Shown: positions 30,588 through 40,548, numbered from the stretch's first letter. The stretch: 64,000 nt of DNA from Opitutales bacterium (GCA_965197745.1 CBDANS010000007.1:320001-384000), one strand, 5' to 3'. The notes: generated by a model not told the origin, from the sequence alone. A program made the numbers and translations.

Positions 30588-31208
30588 TTATTTAAGCCCG
30601 GCGACGTAGTCGGCGTGTGCTTTCTCACGCGCTTTGTTTGTTTTTGCATTAACTCCCTGGTAATTAAGGACAATCCCACGGCGATGACGATCGGTGGTGT
30701 TAGCGCCACTGCGATGAGGAGTCAGAATGTGATGAATCGAGGCGTCACCCCGTTTTAAGAGAGCGGGAAATTCAGGATATATTTCTAAATCGAGTTGAAC
30801 AGTGAGTCCCTTGCTGAATAAAGCCACGTTGGTTTCGTGGTGGGGCAGGTCGCCCTCTTTAAAACAGCCTCTGGAAAAGTATACTGCCCCGTTTTCAATT
30901 GTCGTATCATCCAAAGCTATCCATATCACAGCTCCATCTGCGGGTTCAAGATGAAGGTAGGCATTATCCTGATGGTAGGGTGCAGGAGTCCCCGTTTTTG
31001 CGGATTTATAAAATACTTCAGAAGCAAGAGCTTTAACCGGGGTTCCAAGACAGGTTTCCAACAAATCAAAATTTTCAGGGCGATCTATGAGGTCTTTATA
31101 GTGATCACTAAAATGATCGGGGGAATTGAGATGTTTTATGGGTCTATCGGGTCCCGATTCATAATAGACATAGTTTTCACTAAGGTGGGGGACTTCATCT
31201 TTAATTAT
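30588..31208 (-). pseudogene. PhyH-family dioxygenase, 3' part (disrupted by the IS1595 element)
   Basis: YHQDN, WIALDD..ENGA, HILTPHRS; joins in frame to 35191-35078 when the element and one TSD copy are removed. Confidence 0.88.
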
Positions 31209-31283
31209 GGGAATTATATATTTATTGCCCCAAAAATAATAAATAGTGCTTGACTTTTGGGGCATATAGTGTAAATTATTCTT

Positions 31284-32216
31284 ATGAATAAATCAAAATC
31301 CCCTACAACGATTTCAGTGTTTGAATTTTTTACCCGATTTCCTGATGAAGCAACGGCAGTAAAATTTGTTGAGGAACAGATATGGAAAGATGGTGTTCCA
31401 GTTTGCCCTCACTGTGGCGATAGAAACGCCAGTCCACGCCCAGCCAGAAATGGTCATCGTTGTAAATCCTGCAGGAAGGATTTTACAGTGAGGCATGGTA
31501 CAATATTTGAAAATTCGCGAGCTGGATTAAGAAAATGGATCTACGCTATCTATTTGATGCAAACCAGTCGCAAGGGAATCAGTAGCTTACAGTTGTCTAA
31601 AGAGGTGGGGATAACCCAAAAAACCGCATGGTTTATGATGCATAGAATCAGGGAAGCTTGTAATGGCAACGAAACTCCATTATATGGCATTGTTGAAATA
31701 GATGAAACCTATATAGGTGGAAAAGAAAAAAACAAGCATACCGGTAAAAAGACCGTGGGCACCCAAGGAAGAAGCAATAAAACCAAAGCGACTGTAGTCG
31801 GCCTACGTTCAAGGGACGGTAAAGTAAAGGCAGGGCCAGTGAATACTCTAACCACTGGAACTATGCAAACTATTATTGATAAGCATGTTAGAACTGATAG
31901 TGCTCTTTGCACAGATGAAGCCTTATTCTACAAAGGAATTAGAGGATATAATCGATTTTCGGTCAACCACGCCGCTGGTGAATACGTCAAGGGCATAGCC
32001 AGCACAAACAGTATTGAAAGCGTATGGGCTTTGCTCAAGCGGGGCTATCATGGGACCTTTCACCACTTCAGCGTAAAGCACCTCAACCGCTATATCAAAG
32101 AGTTTACATTTCGATTGAATGAGGGTAACTGTGCAATTCCCACTGTAGAGAGAATAAAGAACGTTTGCTCTGCTGCCAAGGGGAAAAGATTAACCTATTT
32201 TGATCTGGTAGCATGA
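31284..32216 (+). CDS. IS1595-family DDE transposase
   Basis: Zn ribbon CPHC..CKSC, HTH ISSLQLSKEVGITQKTAW, VEIDETYIGG, TDE, VNH, TNSIESVW, EFTFR. Confidence 0.95.
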   Translation: MNKSKSPTTISVFEFFTRFPDEATAVKFVEEQIWKDGVPVCPHCGDRNASPRPARNGHRCKSCRKDFTVRHGTIFENSRAGLRKWIYAIYLMQTSRKGISSLQLSKEVGITQKTAWFMMHRIREACNGNETPLYGIVEIDETYIGGKEKNKHTGKKTVGTQGRSNKTKATVVGLRSRDGKVKAGPVNTLTTGTMQTIIDKHVRTDSALCTDEALFYKGIRGYNRFSVNHAAGEYVKGIASTNSIESVWALLKRGYHGTFHHFSVKHLNRYIKEFTFRLNEGNCAIPTVERIKNVCSAAKGKRLTYFDLVA

Positions 32217-32274
32217 CTAAGAAGGACACACGTGTATCGATTCTGGATGGCTTAGATTTCCACAAAACAGAAAT

Positions 32275-34878
32275 TTGTTTTGTGAGAAACAAAACCTTAC
32301 TAATGAAGCCAGTGTTGAGCAATTTTTCGTATCGAGATTGCTGGAAGATTTAGGATTCAAAGATAATCAGATTCTTCCAAAATCATCTATCAAAAAATAT
32401 ACGATTTCAATAGGCAGTAAGAGTGTTAATTACAAACCCGATTATATTATTAAGGTAGGAAACACTCTAAAATTAGTGATAGATGCAAAGTCTCCTTCTG
32501 AAAATATCTACGATTGGATTGATCAGTGCGCTCATTATTGCCTCAAATTGAATCAGAAAAATAAAACAGTACACTATTTTTTATTATCAAATGGTCTCAA
32601 AACAGGACTGTTTGTATGGGATCAAGCAAATGCAATACTTGAGCTTGGTTTTGAGGATTTCTATTTAGGAGGTGAACTCTATGAGAAACTTAGGAATATT
32701 ATCTGTGTTGATACGTTTAAAAAAGGACTGGGGGCACCTGATCCAGGTAGAAATATTCTATTACGTAAGATTCATAAAGAAGAAGCACAAAAAGTCTTTA
32801 TAAACTGTCACAAGTATATTTGGAATACCGAGAAAAGGGGCCCACTATCGGCATTTACAGAGTTCGTAAAGTTGATATTCCTTAAATTGTGGAACGATAG
32901 AATTTTGCACGAGAATTTTCGTCCCGATTATTCAGGTAAGTTACTTGTCCCGCAATCTGCTAATACTTTCTCAATTTTGTGGATAGAATCCAGAGAGAAA
33001 GACCACGGCTCCCCGGTAAACGATATCTCTTTCAAGAACCTGATAACACATATTGAAGACGATATAGACAAACGGAATAAAAAGAGAATTTTTGATCAGA
33101 ATGAACAGATTGAGTTGAAGCCTACAACAATTAAAGGAATTGTAAAAAAACTTGAAAAAATAGATCTTTACGGAATCGATGAAGATTTAAATGGGAGGTT
33201 GTTTGAGACCTTTTTGAATGCGACAATGCGAGGTCAGGCATTGGGGCAATATTTTACACCACGAAGCATTGTTTTACTTGCTACCGAATTGGCTGAATTG
33301 AGGACAGATTCAAATTATATTGAAAAGGTTTTAGATGGTAGCTGTGGGACAGGTGGATTCTTGATAGAAGCCATGTCAATTATGAGAAACAATATTCGTG
33401 AGAATGATTCTTACTCGATTCAAGAAAAAAAGAAATTAATAGAGGTAATTTGCAATGAAAAGATATTTGGAATAGATGCGGCATCCGAGCCAAATCTGGC
33501 AAAGATATCAAGGATAAATATGTATCTGCATGGGGATGGAGGCAGCCATATCTATTTTGCGGACGGTTTGATAAAAAATATTCAGGTCGATAAAACTGAT
33601 CCGCGGGAACTACAACGGGAAATTGAGGAAATGAAGCATGAGTTTGGTCCCAGTTCTTTTGATGTTGTTTTAACCAATCCCCCTTTCTCAATGTGGTACG
33701 AGGAAAAGAATGAGTCTCAAAAACATATACTTGAGCAATACAACCTAACCCAATATAAAACAAAACCCCCGAGAACACGACTAAGAGGAAGTGCACTTTT
33801 TATCGAACGATATTGCGATTTACTACGACCAGGGGGCAAACTGATCACTGTTTTGGATGAAACTGTATTATCTTCAGGACAATATTCTTACCTGAGAGAT
33901 TTCATCCGAGAAAAGTTTATCATTCGAGCTGTGATCTCATTGCATGGTGATGCATTTCAGATGGCGAAAGCCAGGGTCAAAACTGCTTTAGTATATTTAC
34001 AAAAGAAAAAATATCCGGATGATGACCAACCAGCTGCATTTATGTACTCTTCTATTAGATTAGGTGTAGATGATATGCCAATCACAACTAATCCAGAAAA
34101 GGTGAAAAGTGCTCGTGAATTGGCAAGGGAAGAAATCAAAACAATTCTGGAGCTCTATAAAAGATACAGAAAGGGCGAAAAGGGTGAGTGGTTCGTCCAA
34201 ACAGCAAACCTGAACGATCGCTTGGACGTTAAGTCATGTGTGGATATGAGAGGCCGGATGATTGAACGCTGGGAAAAGGGAAGTTACGAGGTTAGTTCGC
34301 TCGGCGAGCTGTTGACACCCCAAAATGATACTGTAATGCCAAAAGATAATCCAAACAAGGAATTCAGAATACTCGAAATCACGTACTCGGGCAGGTGTTA
34401 TATAAAAGAAAAGCGAGCTGGACGAAATATTAACTATAAAAAAATGACGGTAGTACATACTGGGGACCTGATATTTTCGAGTTATAATACTTTTCAAGGT
34501 GCAATGGGTTATGCAACAGAGGAAATTGATGGCGCGGTAGCATCAAATAGTTACATCGTTACACGTGCGAATAATATAGAAGATTCCCTTTATTTATGGT
34601 CTATTCTAAGAACAACAGAAATTCGTGCAGAATTTCTTACCTCTGCAATCGGGATGGGTAGGCAAACAGTAAAATGGGATAAGATTTGCACAGTCCAAGT
34701 TCCATTATTGCATCCAAGTCAAAGAGAAGCTATCGGACAGAGAGTAATGGAGCATTGGGAAGCAGAAAAAAGGGCGAAGGATGGAATAAGCGCGATCTCA
34801 AGAGAACTGCACAACAAATTTGATGTTGAGTCTCTAAGTTCACAAAAACGGTTTTTAGGGGCAAAACCACCCAAATAA
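32275..34878 (+). CDS. Single-chain restriction-modification enzyme (HsdR_N-like nuclease + N6-adenine MTase + TRD; type IIG-like)
   Basis: PDY..IDAK..Q..Y..LLSNG; GQYFTPR, VLDGSCGTGGFL, LTNPPF; HsdS-like C-terminus. Confidence 0.85.
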   Translation: MFCEKQNLTNEASVEQFFVSRLLEDLGFKDNQILPKSSIKKYTISIGSKSVNYKPDYIIKVGNTLKLVIDAKSPSENIYDWIDQCAHYCLKLNQKNKTVHYFLLSNGLKTGLFVWDQANAILELGFEDFYLGGELYEKLRNIICVDTFKKGLGAPDPGRNILLRKIHKEEAQKVFINCHKYIWNTEKRGPLSAFTEFVKLIFLKLWNDRILHENFRPDYSGKLLVPQSANTFSILWIESREKDHGSPVNDISFKNLITHIEDDIDKRNKKRIFDQNEQIELKPTTIKGIVKKLEKIDLYGIDEDLNGRLFETFLNATMRGQALGQYFTPRSIVLLATELAELRTDSNYIEKVLDGSCGTGGFLIEAMSIMRNNIRENDSYSIQEKKKLIEVICNEKIFGIDAASEPNLAKISRINMYLHGDGGSHIYFADGLIKNIQVDKTDPRELQREIEEMKHEFGPSSFDVVLTNPPFSMWYEEKNESQKHILEQYNLTQYKTKPPRTRLRGSALFIERYCDLLRPGGKLITVLDETVLSSGQYSYLRDFIREKFIIRAVISLHGDAFQMAKARVKTALVYLQKKKYPDDDQPAAFMYSSIRLGVDDMPITTNPEKVKSARELAREEIKTILELYKRYRKGEKGEWFVQTANLNDRLDVKSCVDMRGRMIERWEKGSYEVSSLGELLTPQNDTVMPKDNPNKEFRILEITYSGRCYIKEKRAGRNINYKKMTVVHTGDLIFSSYNTFQGAMGYATEEIDGAVASNSYIVTRANNIEDSLYLWSILRTTEIRAEFLTSAIGMGRQTVKWDKICTVQVPLLHPSQREAIGQRVMEHWEAEKRAKDGISAISRELHNKFDVESLSSQKRFLGAKPPK

Positions 34879-34897
34879 ATAAAATCCCGATACTACA

Positions 34898-35035
34898 ATG
34901 AAAACAAAACAAGAGAAAACCCTAGCCGGAGCAGTCAAAGCCATCGGAGCCTACAAACCAACGGCACTGCCTAAGCAACCAAAGCAAACACCTCCAATCA
35001 AAGAGCTTAAAAGGAAATGGAAAATAAGCAGGTAA
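34898..35035 (+). CDS. 45-aa basic hypothetical passenger ORF
   Basis: MKTKQEKTLAGAVKAIGAYKPTALPKQPKQTPPIKELKRKWKISR*, ending just before the right TIR. Confidence 0.45.
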   Translation: MKTKQEKTLAGAVKAIGAYKPTALPKQPKQTPPIKELKRKWKISR

Positions 35036-35069
35036 TACCTCCTTTTGGGGCAATAAGTATATAATTCCC

Positions 35070-35191
35070 TTATTTATTCGTTCTAATTCATTGTCGAGCT
35101 TATCAATTTCAGCCGGATTTAAAAACCCCTCAACAATAACAAAGCCATCATCTTTGAATCTTTCACTGAGTTTAGCGTTATCGTATGCCAT
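35070..35191 (-). pseudogene. PhyH-family dioxygenase, 5' part
   Basis: MAYDNAKLSERFKDDGFVIVEGFLNPAEIDKLDNELER, a typical PhyH N-terminus with an upstream AAGGA. Confidence 0.85.
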
Positions 35192-35248
35192 ATTAATTTC
35201 CTTTCACGGAATTTATTAAAATGATTATTCTGTTTAACGAGGGTTGTA

Positions 35249-38239
35249 TTACAATTCCTGCTTAATTTTATCGTAGATTTGTTCAATCGATAGTTGTCCT
35301 AAATCATAAGGGGACAATCGATTTTCGTTTAATGGGGGTAGGTGAATTATAGGCTCATTGAGGCGAAGGTTGCGGTTGGCGTTAACTTCATCAACGCGAT
35401 CCACGGGTGTAAAAAAAGGTGTTTTATTGAGTATTTCAGGATTTTCATGAATAAGCATTATAATACACTTTACCGCTTCGGCAAAACGATCGAGTTCACT
35501 TTTACTGTAACTTTCAGTAGGTTCGATCATCAGGCCGAAGGCTTCCGGCCAGTTTACGGTCGGGGCATGAAAGCCAAAGTCGAGAAATAATTTTCCAATT
35601 CGACTGATGGCTACTGCTTTACTCAGTCCTACAGCATCCAGTCGTTCGAAATCTTCCTCCTCGAGGGTGAGGATAAACTCATGCATGCGCGGTAAGCTTT
35701 CAGAGGCCTGCGGGAGTGCGGGATAATGCTGCCGGAGATTTTCGAAAAGATAACGTGCCGATAGTACCGCAATAGCTGACATTCGTCTGACTCCTTTATT
35801 TCCCAGGCGCAAGAGGTAGGCATAACAACGAACTTTGTGGGAAAAGTTTCCCCAATGCCGGTGAAAGGATCCGATACTCGCAGGTGGTTTAACCGGGACA
35901 TATTGATTTCCCACCTTAGTGATTTGATAACCGGGCAGGTAATCCAACAACTTTTCACTGACAGCGACTACCGCGTCACCCGGACCTCCTCCCCCGTGAG
36001 GGATAGTCCAGGTTTTATGTAAATTCTGGTGAACAGCGTCGACACCCAATCGATCCAGGTTTACCCATCCGGCAATGGCGTTCATATTTGCTCCATCCAT
36101 GTAAACAAGTCCACCAGCCGAATGAATTTTGTCTGCGATAGATTTAAATTCGGTCTCAAATAAACCGCTGGTGTTAGGGTTTGTAATCATTATCGCGCTG
36201 ATGCGAGATCCGTAATCAGTGATTTTACGGTCGAAATCTTCCTTATCAATAAGGCCGGAAGGGGCTGCCTCTAAATGGACAATACCCACGTTCAGATTAT
36301 CTATTTTTTTATTTACAAATCCAGCCATGGTGGCCGTGGCAAAATTTGTGCCATGAGCGGATTTGGGAATTAAAATTACATCCCGATCTGTCTCCCCCCG
36401 CGCTCGGTGGTAGGCTTGGATCATTTTTATCCCCATCAATTCACCTTGTGCCCCAGCTACCGGTTGCGTTGTTACGCCGGACAGGCCTGTAATCCCTTTA
36501 AACCATTCCTGTATTTCATACAGTAATTCCAAACAACCCTGTACCTCTTCGATAGGGGCCTGGGGGTGTGTATTGACGAAACCCGAGAGGTTTGCCGCCC
36601 AATCGTTAATATAAGGATTATATTTCATTGTGCAGGAACCCAGGGGATAACAACTGTCATCGGGACTCACATTCAGGTCACCCAGTTTTTGATAGTAGTG
36701 TTTAATTTCGTCCAGGGGAATTTGTGGTAAGTCCGCAGCATCCACTCTTAAAAGATCGACTGGAATACTATAGTTTTGACTGTCACTCGAAGGTATCAGT
36801 GAATCTGAAACACTATTTTTTTCGAATAATTCTATGAGCGCGGCAAGATTCCGTTTTTTGTCTGAAAATGATATTTTTAATAGATTTCTAGAACCCGAAA
36901 TGCGTTCAGAAACATCAATACCGGGAAGCAATCCGACAAGGCGGCCTTTTTCAGTGAGCTCAGATACCGAACCAGGTAACTCGAGGACAAATTCGTTGTA
37001 AAATGGCGCATCAGGGTATGCGAGTCGAATGCCGGGTATTGAGGAGAGTGTTTGCGCCGCTTCCAGGGCTTGCTCTCGCGCTTGCGTGCAGGTTCGCTGC
37101 ATTCCCGATTCTCCCCGCGCAAGTAAAGCGGCCCCCGCGAGGCTGGCGAGAAAAGCCTGGTTGGAACATATATTGGAAGTGGCTTTGTCTTTGCGGATAT
37201 GTTGCTCACGTGTGGAGAGCACCATGACTTGACATTCACGGCCATTGATATCTTCAGCTTTGCCAACATACCGGCCAGGTGTGTAACGCACATCATTCTT
37301 TGTCTCATCGTTAAAACGGACTCCAAATACTCCCAGACCCGGTCCCCCGAAATTAGGACCTATCGCCAGATGCTGCCCCTCGGCCACTATCATGTCGGCC
37401 CCTTTCCTCCCATATTTTATGGGGGGCTTGAGACCCCCGGTGCCCAGTAATACAGGGTCGATGATCGCGATACTTTTTGTTCCCGTGTCTGTGCAGAAGT
37501 CAGCTAAGGCATCGACATCTTCGAGGATCCCCAGAGAATTTACTTGAGGAAAGACAAAGGCCGCAAGGCGGGCATCGAGTTCGGCAGCTACAGCCGCTGT
37601 GGCATCCATGTCGATACGGCCGCTTTTCGGGTCGAGCGGGATTTTAATGATTTTTGTCGGCGTATCAGATACCAGTGTTTCTATTACATCCAGATCGCCG
37701 AGGTATATTCCTTCAGAGACAATAACTGTATCGGCATTCTTTTTTATTCGGATTGCGGTGCAGATCGCTTCATAAATGGCTGTCGAGCGATCATAGAGAG
37801 AGGAGTTGATCGCCTCGAAACCGGTTAGCATGGTCATAAGGCATTGGTAAATCCAAAGACTCATCAATGTTCCCTGGCTGCGTTCAGGTTGATAGGGGGT
37901 ATAGGCTGTTGTAAGATTTCGAATGCCCGCTACGAAAGAGACAATTTCGTGAACTTCGTAATCAGGGAGGCCGTCACCAATAAAAGACTCGCAGGGGTTA
38001 TTTTTTAAAGCCAGTGAATCCAGTCGCTCCTGTAAAGCATCATAGCTGAGCTCTTCAGGCAAGTTGAAGTCTTCATTAAATAAAACATCAGGGGGGATAT
38101 GACTGAAAAGTTGATCCAGATTCTTCAGGCCCAGCTTATCCAGCATGGCTGCGATATCTTCATTCGTGGCGGATATATAGTGCCGCTTGAGTTCTCGCGG
38201 CAAAGTTGCCGGGTTGTAGGGGAGCGGTGTTTTAGTCAA
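35249..38239 (-). CDS. gcvP: Glycine dehydrogenase (P protein), single-chain GcvPA+GcvPB-like
   Basis: TAYTPYQPERSQG, TREQHIRKDKATSNICSNQ, YPLGSCTMKYNP, NLHKTW.IPHGGGGPG, MIEPTES. Confidence 0.95.
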   Translation of the reverse strand: MTKTPLPYNPATLPRELKRHYISATNEDIAAMLDKLGLKNLDQLFSHIPPDVLFNEDFNLPEELSYDALQERLDSLALKNNPCESFIGDGLPDYEVHEIVSFVAGIRNLTTAYTPYQPERSQGTLMSLWIYQCLMTMLTGFEAINSSLYDRSTAIYEAICTAIRIKKNADTVIVSEGIYLGDLDVIETLVSDTPTKIIKIPLDPKSGRIDMDATAAVAAELDARLAAFVFPQVNSLGILEDVDALADFCTDTGTKSIAIIDPVLLGTGGLKPPIKYGRKGADMIVAEGQHLAIGPNFGGPGLGVFGVRFNDETKNDVRYTPGRYVGKAEDINGRECQVMVLSTREQHIRKDKATSNICSNQAFLASLAGAALLARGESGMQRTCTQAREQALEAAQTLSSIPGIRLAYPDAPFYNEFVLELPGSVSELTEKGRLVGLLPGIDVSERISGSRNLLKISFSDKKRNLAALIELFEKNSVSDSLIPSSDSQNYSIPVDLLRVDAADLPQIPLDEIKHYYQKLGDLNVSPDDSCYPLGSCTMKYNPYINDWAANLSGFVNTHPQAPIEEVQGCLELLYEIQEWFKGITGLSGVTTQPVAGAQGELMGIKMIQAYHRARGETDRDVILIPKSAHGTNFATATMAGFVNKKIDNLNVGIVHLEAAPSGLIDKEDFDRKITDYGSRISAIMITNPNTSGLFETEFKSIADKIHSAGGLVYMDGANMNAIAGWVNLDRLGVDAVHQNLHKTWTIPHGGGGPGDAVVAVSEKLLDYLPGYQITKVGNQYVPVKPPASIGSFHRHWGNFSHKVRCYAYLLRLGNKGVRRMSAIAVLSARYLFENLRQHYPALPQASESLPRMHEFILTLEEEDFERLDAVGLSKAVAISRIGKLFLDFGFHAPTVNWPEAFGLMIEPTESYSKSELDRFAEAVKCIIMLIHENPEILNKTPFFTPVDRVDEVNANRNLRLNEPIIHLPPLNENRLSPYDLGQLSIEQIYDKIKQEL

Positions 38240-38360
38240 TGTTGAGCTCAGTCTTATTACCTCGGGTATTGCGGTGATGGGTCAAATTTCTTGAAGTGAT
38301 GCTGATGACTTTATTGTTTTGTGCAACCGGACTTTTTAATTTATTTAAATTTTCCCCCCC

Positions 38361-39014
38361 ATGAAGAAAAAAGAGCGCGCTGAATACATCCATTGCCGAC
38401 TCAATGAAATATACCCTGATCCGCCCATCCCCTTGAAGCACAATGACCCCTATACCTTGCTTATTGCGGTTTTGCTTTCTGCGCAGTGCACCGATGTAAG
38501 GGTCAATCAGATCACCCCCAAACTCTTTAAAAAAGCAGATAACCCGCGAGATATGACCCGTTTATCGGTGAAAAGTATCGAGGCCATCATCCGCCCCTGT
38601 GGATTGGCACCGGCCAAAGCTAAAGCGATAGCCGGACTGTCTGAAATTATTATTGAAAACTATGCGGGTAAAGTGCCTGACTCCCTGGAAGAATTAGAGA
38701 CCCTGCCCGGCGTGGGACACAAAACGGCTTCTGTAGTTATGCTCCAGGCCTTTGGGGTGCCCGCTTTTCCCGTCGATACACACATCCACCGTCTCGCTCA
38801 ACGATGGGGGCTCACCAGTGGAAAAAATGTCGTTCAGACCGAACGCGATCTCAAACAACTTTTTCCTGAGGAATGCTGGAATCATCTCCACCTTCAGTTT
38901 ATCTATTATGGAAGAGAACATTGCACCGCTCGCGGTTGTGATGGAACCGTCTGTGAAATCTGCTCTACCTGCTTTCCCCGCCGCCGTAAACCTTTCTTGA
39001 ATAAGAAAGCATGA
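38361..39014 (+). CDS. nth: Endonuclease III
   Basis: LLSAQCTD, LPGVGHKTA, PVDTH, C-terminal Cys cluster. Confidence 0.95.
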   Translation: MKKKERAEYIHCRLNEIYPDPPIPLKHNDPYTLLIAVLLSAQCTDVRVNQITPKLFKKADNPRDMTRLSVKSIEAIIRPCGLAPAKAKAIAGLSEIIIENYAGKVPDSLEELETLPGVGHKTASVVMLQAFGVPAFPVDTHIHRLAQRWGLTSGKNVVQTERDLKQLFPEECWNHLHLQFIYYGREHCTARGCDGTVCEICSTCFPRRRKPFLNKKA

Positions 39015-39048
39015 ACCTTTAAGCCAATATTTTCCGACTTCCTTTAAG

Positions 39049-39396
39049 ATGAAGATCTATACCTATAAGAACTGTGATACCTGCCGTAAGGCGCTCAAGT
39101 GGCTTGATGCTCGGGGCAAGGGATATGAGCTAAAAGCCATTCGTAAAACGCCACCTACGGTTAAAGAACTCCAGTCTATGCTGGACGCCTATAATGGTGA
39201 AATCCGAAAACTGTTTAATTCCTCAGGCCGTGATTACAAAGCTTTGAATATTAAGGATAAACTCCCTGAATTGACATCAGCGCAGGCGCTTGACCTTCTT
39301 GCCGGGAATGGAAATCTTATAAAAAGACCTTTTCTTCTCGCTGGGACCGCAAATCTTGTCGGATTCAATGAAGTAGAATGGAGCGAGAGGCTCTAG
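39049..39396 (+). CDS. ArsC/Spx/MgsR family protein
   Basis: CDTCRKA, NLIKRP, VGF. Confidence 0.88.
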   Translation: MKIYTYKNCDTCRKALKWLDARGKGYELKAIRKTPPTVKELQSMLDAYNGEIRKLFNSSGRDYKALNIKDKLPELTSAQALDLLAGNGNLIKRPFLLAGTANLVGFNEVEWSERL

Positions 39397-39420
39397 GTGT
39401 TATCAGTGAAATCAGTAGCC

Positions 39421-39448
39421 GTGTTAAGTTTTAGGTGTTAGGTTTTAG
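39421..39448. repeat. Short heptamer tandem repeat (A[A/G]GT[G/T]TT)
   Basis: gtgttaagttttaggtgttaggttttag; same unit as at 54272-54407. Confidence 0.6.
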
Positions 39449-39533
39449 AAGGAGAATAAAATAACATCCTATATCTCTGCGTCTCTCGCTGTTTAATCTC
39501 TTTCCCCATATCTGAAATCCGCAATCGATCACT

Positions 39534-40382
39534 TCAGACAGCTTTAGCCAATTCCTCATTGTTCGGGTCGAATTGTTTAAGATATTCCCGGGCGGTTTTT
39601 ATATAGTCGGGATTGATATCAAAACCGATAAACTTTTTAACCCCACATCGCATGGCCCCGATTGCAGCGTGACCGATTCCAACGAAGGGGTCCAATACCA
39701 CCGTCTTACTTTTAACACCGTGAAGATTAATGCAATTTTCCGCTAATTTTGCCGGGAAGGTTGCAGGGTGAGGGCGATCTTTGGACCTGTTTTGAATGGT
39801 TTTGTATGAGATGAACCAATTATTACCGCGGCATCTTTTGTCCCGGCCGCCCGTATGACTCCAGCGTACGATATTTGATTTATCACTGTAGGGTACGCCT
39901 AGACTAAGACGGTCTATGGGTGTGTTTCCCGAATGAGTTAAGTGGAAAATATATTCATGGCAGTCGGTCACGTATCGCTTTGAATTGATGGGTTTGAAAT
40001 GACCGACCGATAGCTCCTCTCCTTTCGGAGTTTCGACAGTGATCGACTTAATCCAGTGAAATGTATTCTGAAGGATAAAATAATTACTCATGACGTTAGC
40101 GATTTGGTGCGGAAGCATCGGATTAGACGGACAGGTTCCGATGTTGAGAAAAAAGGATCCCTTTTCTTTTAATATTCTCTTTATTTCCAGCGCCCATTCT
40201 TTGCTCCAGTTTAAATACAAGTAGCGGTCACACGCATCATTGTATTCATCGTATTCAACACCCAAATTGTAAGGTGGTGAAGTGACCACAATATCAATTG
40301 AATCCGAATTGAGTTTTCGCATGCCTTTCAAGCAGTCCTGACGTATCAATTCATAGTCGTGGTTCTCTCTTCTCACTTTCAT
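39534..40382 (-). CDS. Orphan site-specific DNA methyltransferase (beta class, likely m4C)
   Basis: VVTSPPY precedes HPATFP and VLDPFVGIG. Confidence 0.9.
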   Translation of the reverse strand: MKVRRENHDYELIRQDCLKGMRKLNSDSIDIVVTSPPYNLGVEYDEYNDACDRYLYLNWSKEWALEIKRILKEKGSFFLNIGTCPSNPMLPHQIANVMSNYFILQNTFHWIKSITVETPKGEELSVGHFKPINSKRYVTDCHEYIFHLTHSGNTPIDRLSLGVPYSDKSNIVRWSHTGGRDKRCRGNNWFISYKTIQNRSKDRPHPATFPAKLAENCINLHGVKSKTVVLDPFVGIGHAAIGAMRCGVKKFIGFDINPDYIKTAREYLKQFDPNNEELAKAV

Positions 40383-40529
40383 GATTTTCGGTCCTTTGCA
40401 GAGTCATTAAAGTAAAAGAGTAATAAAGTACAAGCCTGTTTTTACACAAAATGAAATCTAATCAGAGGGCATCGCGTCGTCGGGCTGCTTTGATCTGTTT
40501 AATTATGGAGATGTCCCTTATTTACTCAT

Positions 40530-40548
40530 ATGTGCCATTATGACACAT
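40530..40548. promoter_or_regulatory. Palindromic candidate regulator site upstream of clpB
   Basis: ATGTGCCA-TTA-TGACACAT. Confidence 0.45.

Larger units (their letters stand above)
31209..35069 (+). mobile_element. IS1595-family element with passenger genes, 3861 bp
   Basis: TIRs GGGAATTATATA[T/C]TTATTGCCCCAAAA at 31209-31235 and 35043-35069 (26/27); flanking 8-mers TTAATTAT (31201-31208) and TTATTTAT (35070-35077). Confidence 0.95.

Noticed and set aside
31209..31265. First residues of ORF 30588-31265 (MPQKSS...)
   Set aside because: Read-through from the IS left end; the true N-terminus is at 35191
34922..35069. C-terminal half of ORF 34922-35191
   Set aside because: Read-through into the IS right end, not PhyH sequence
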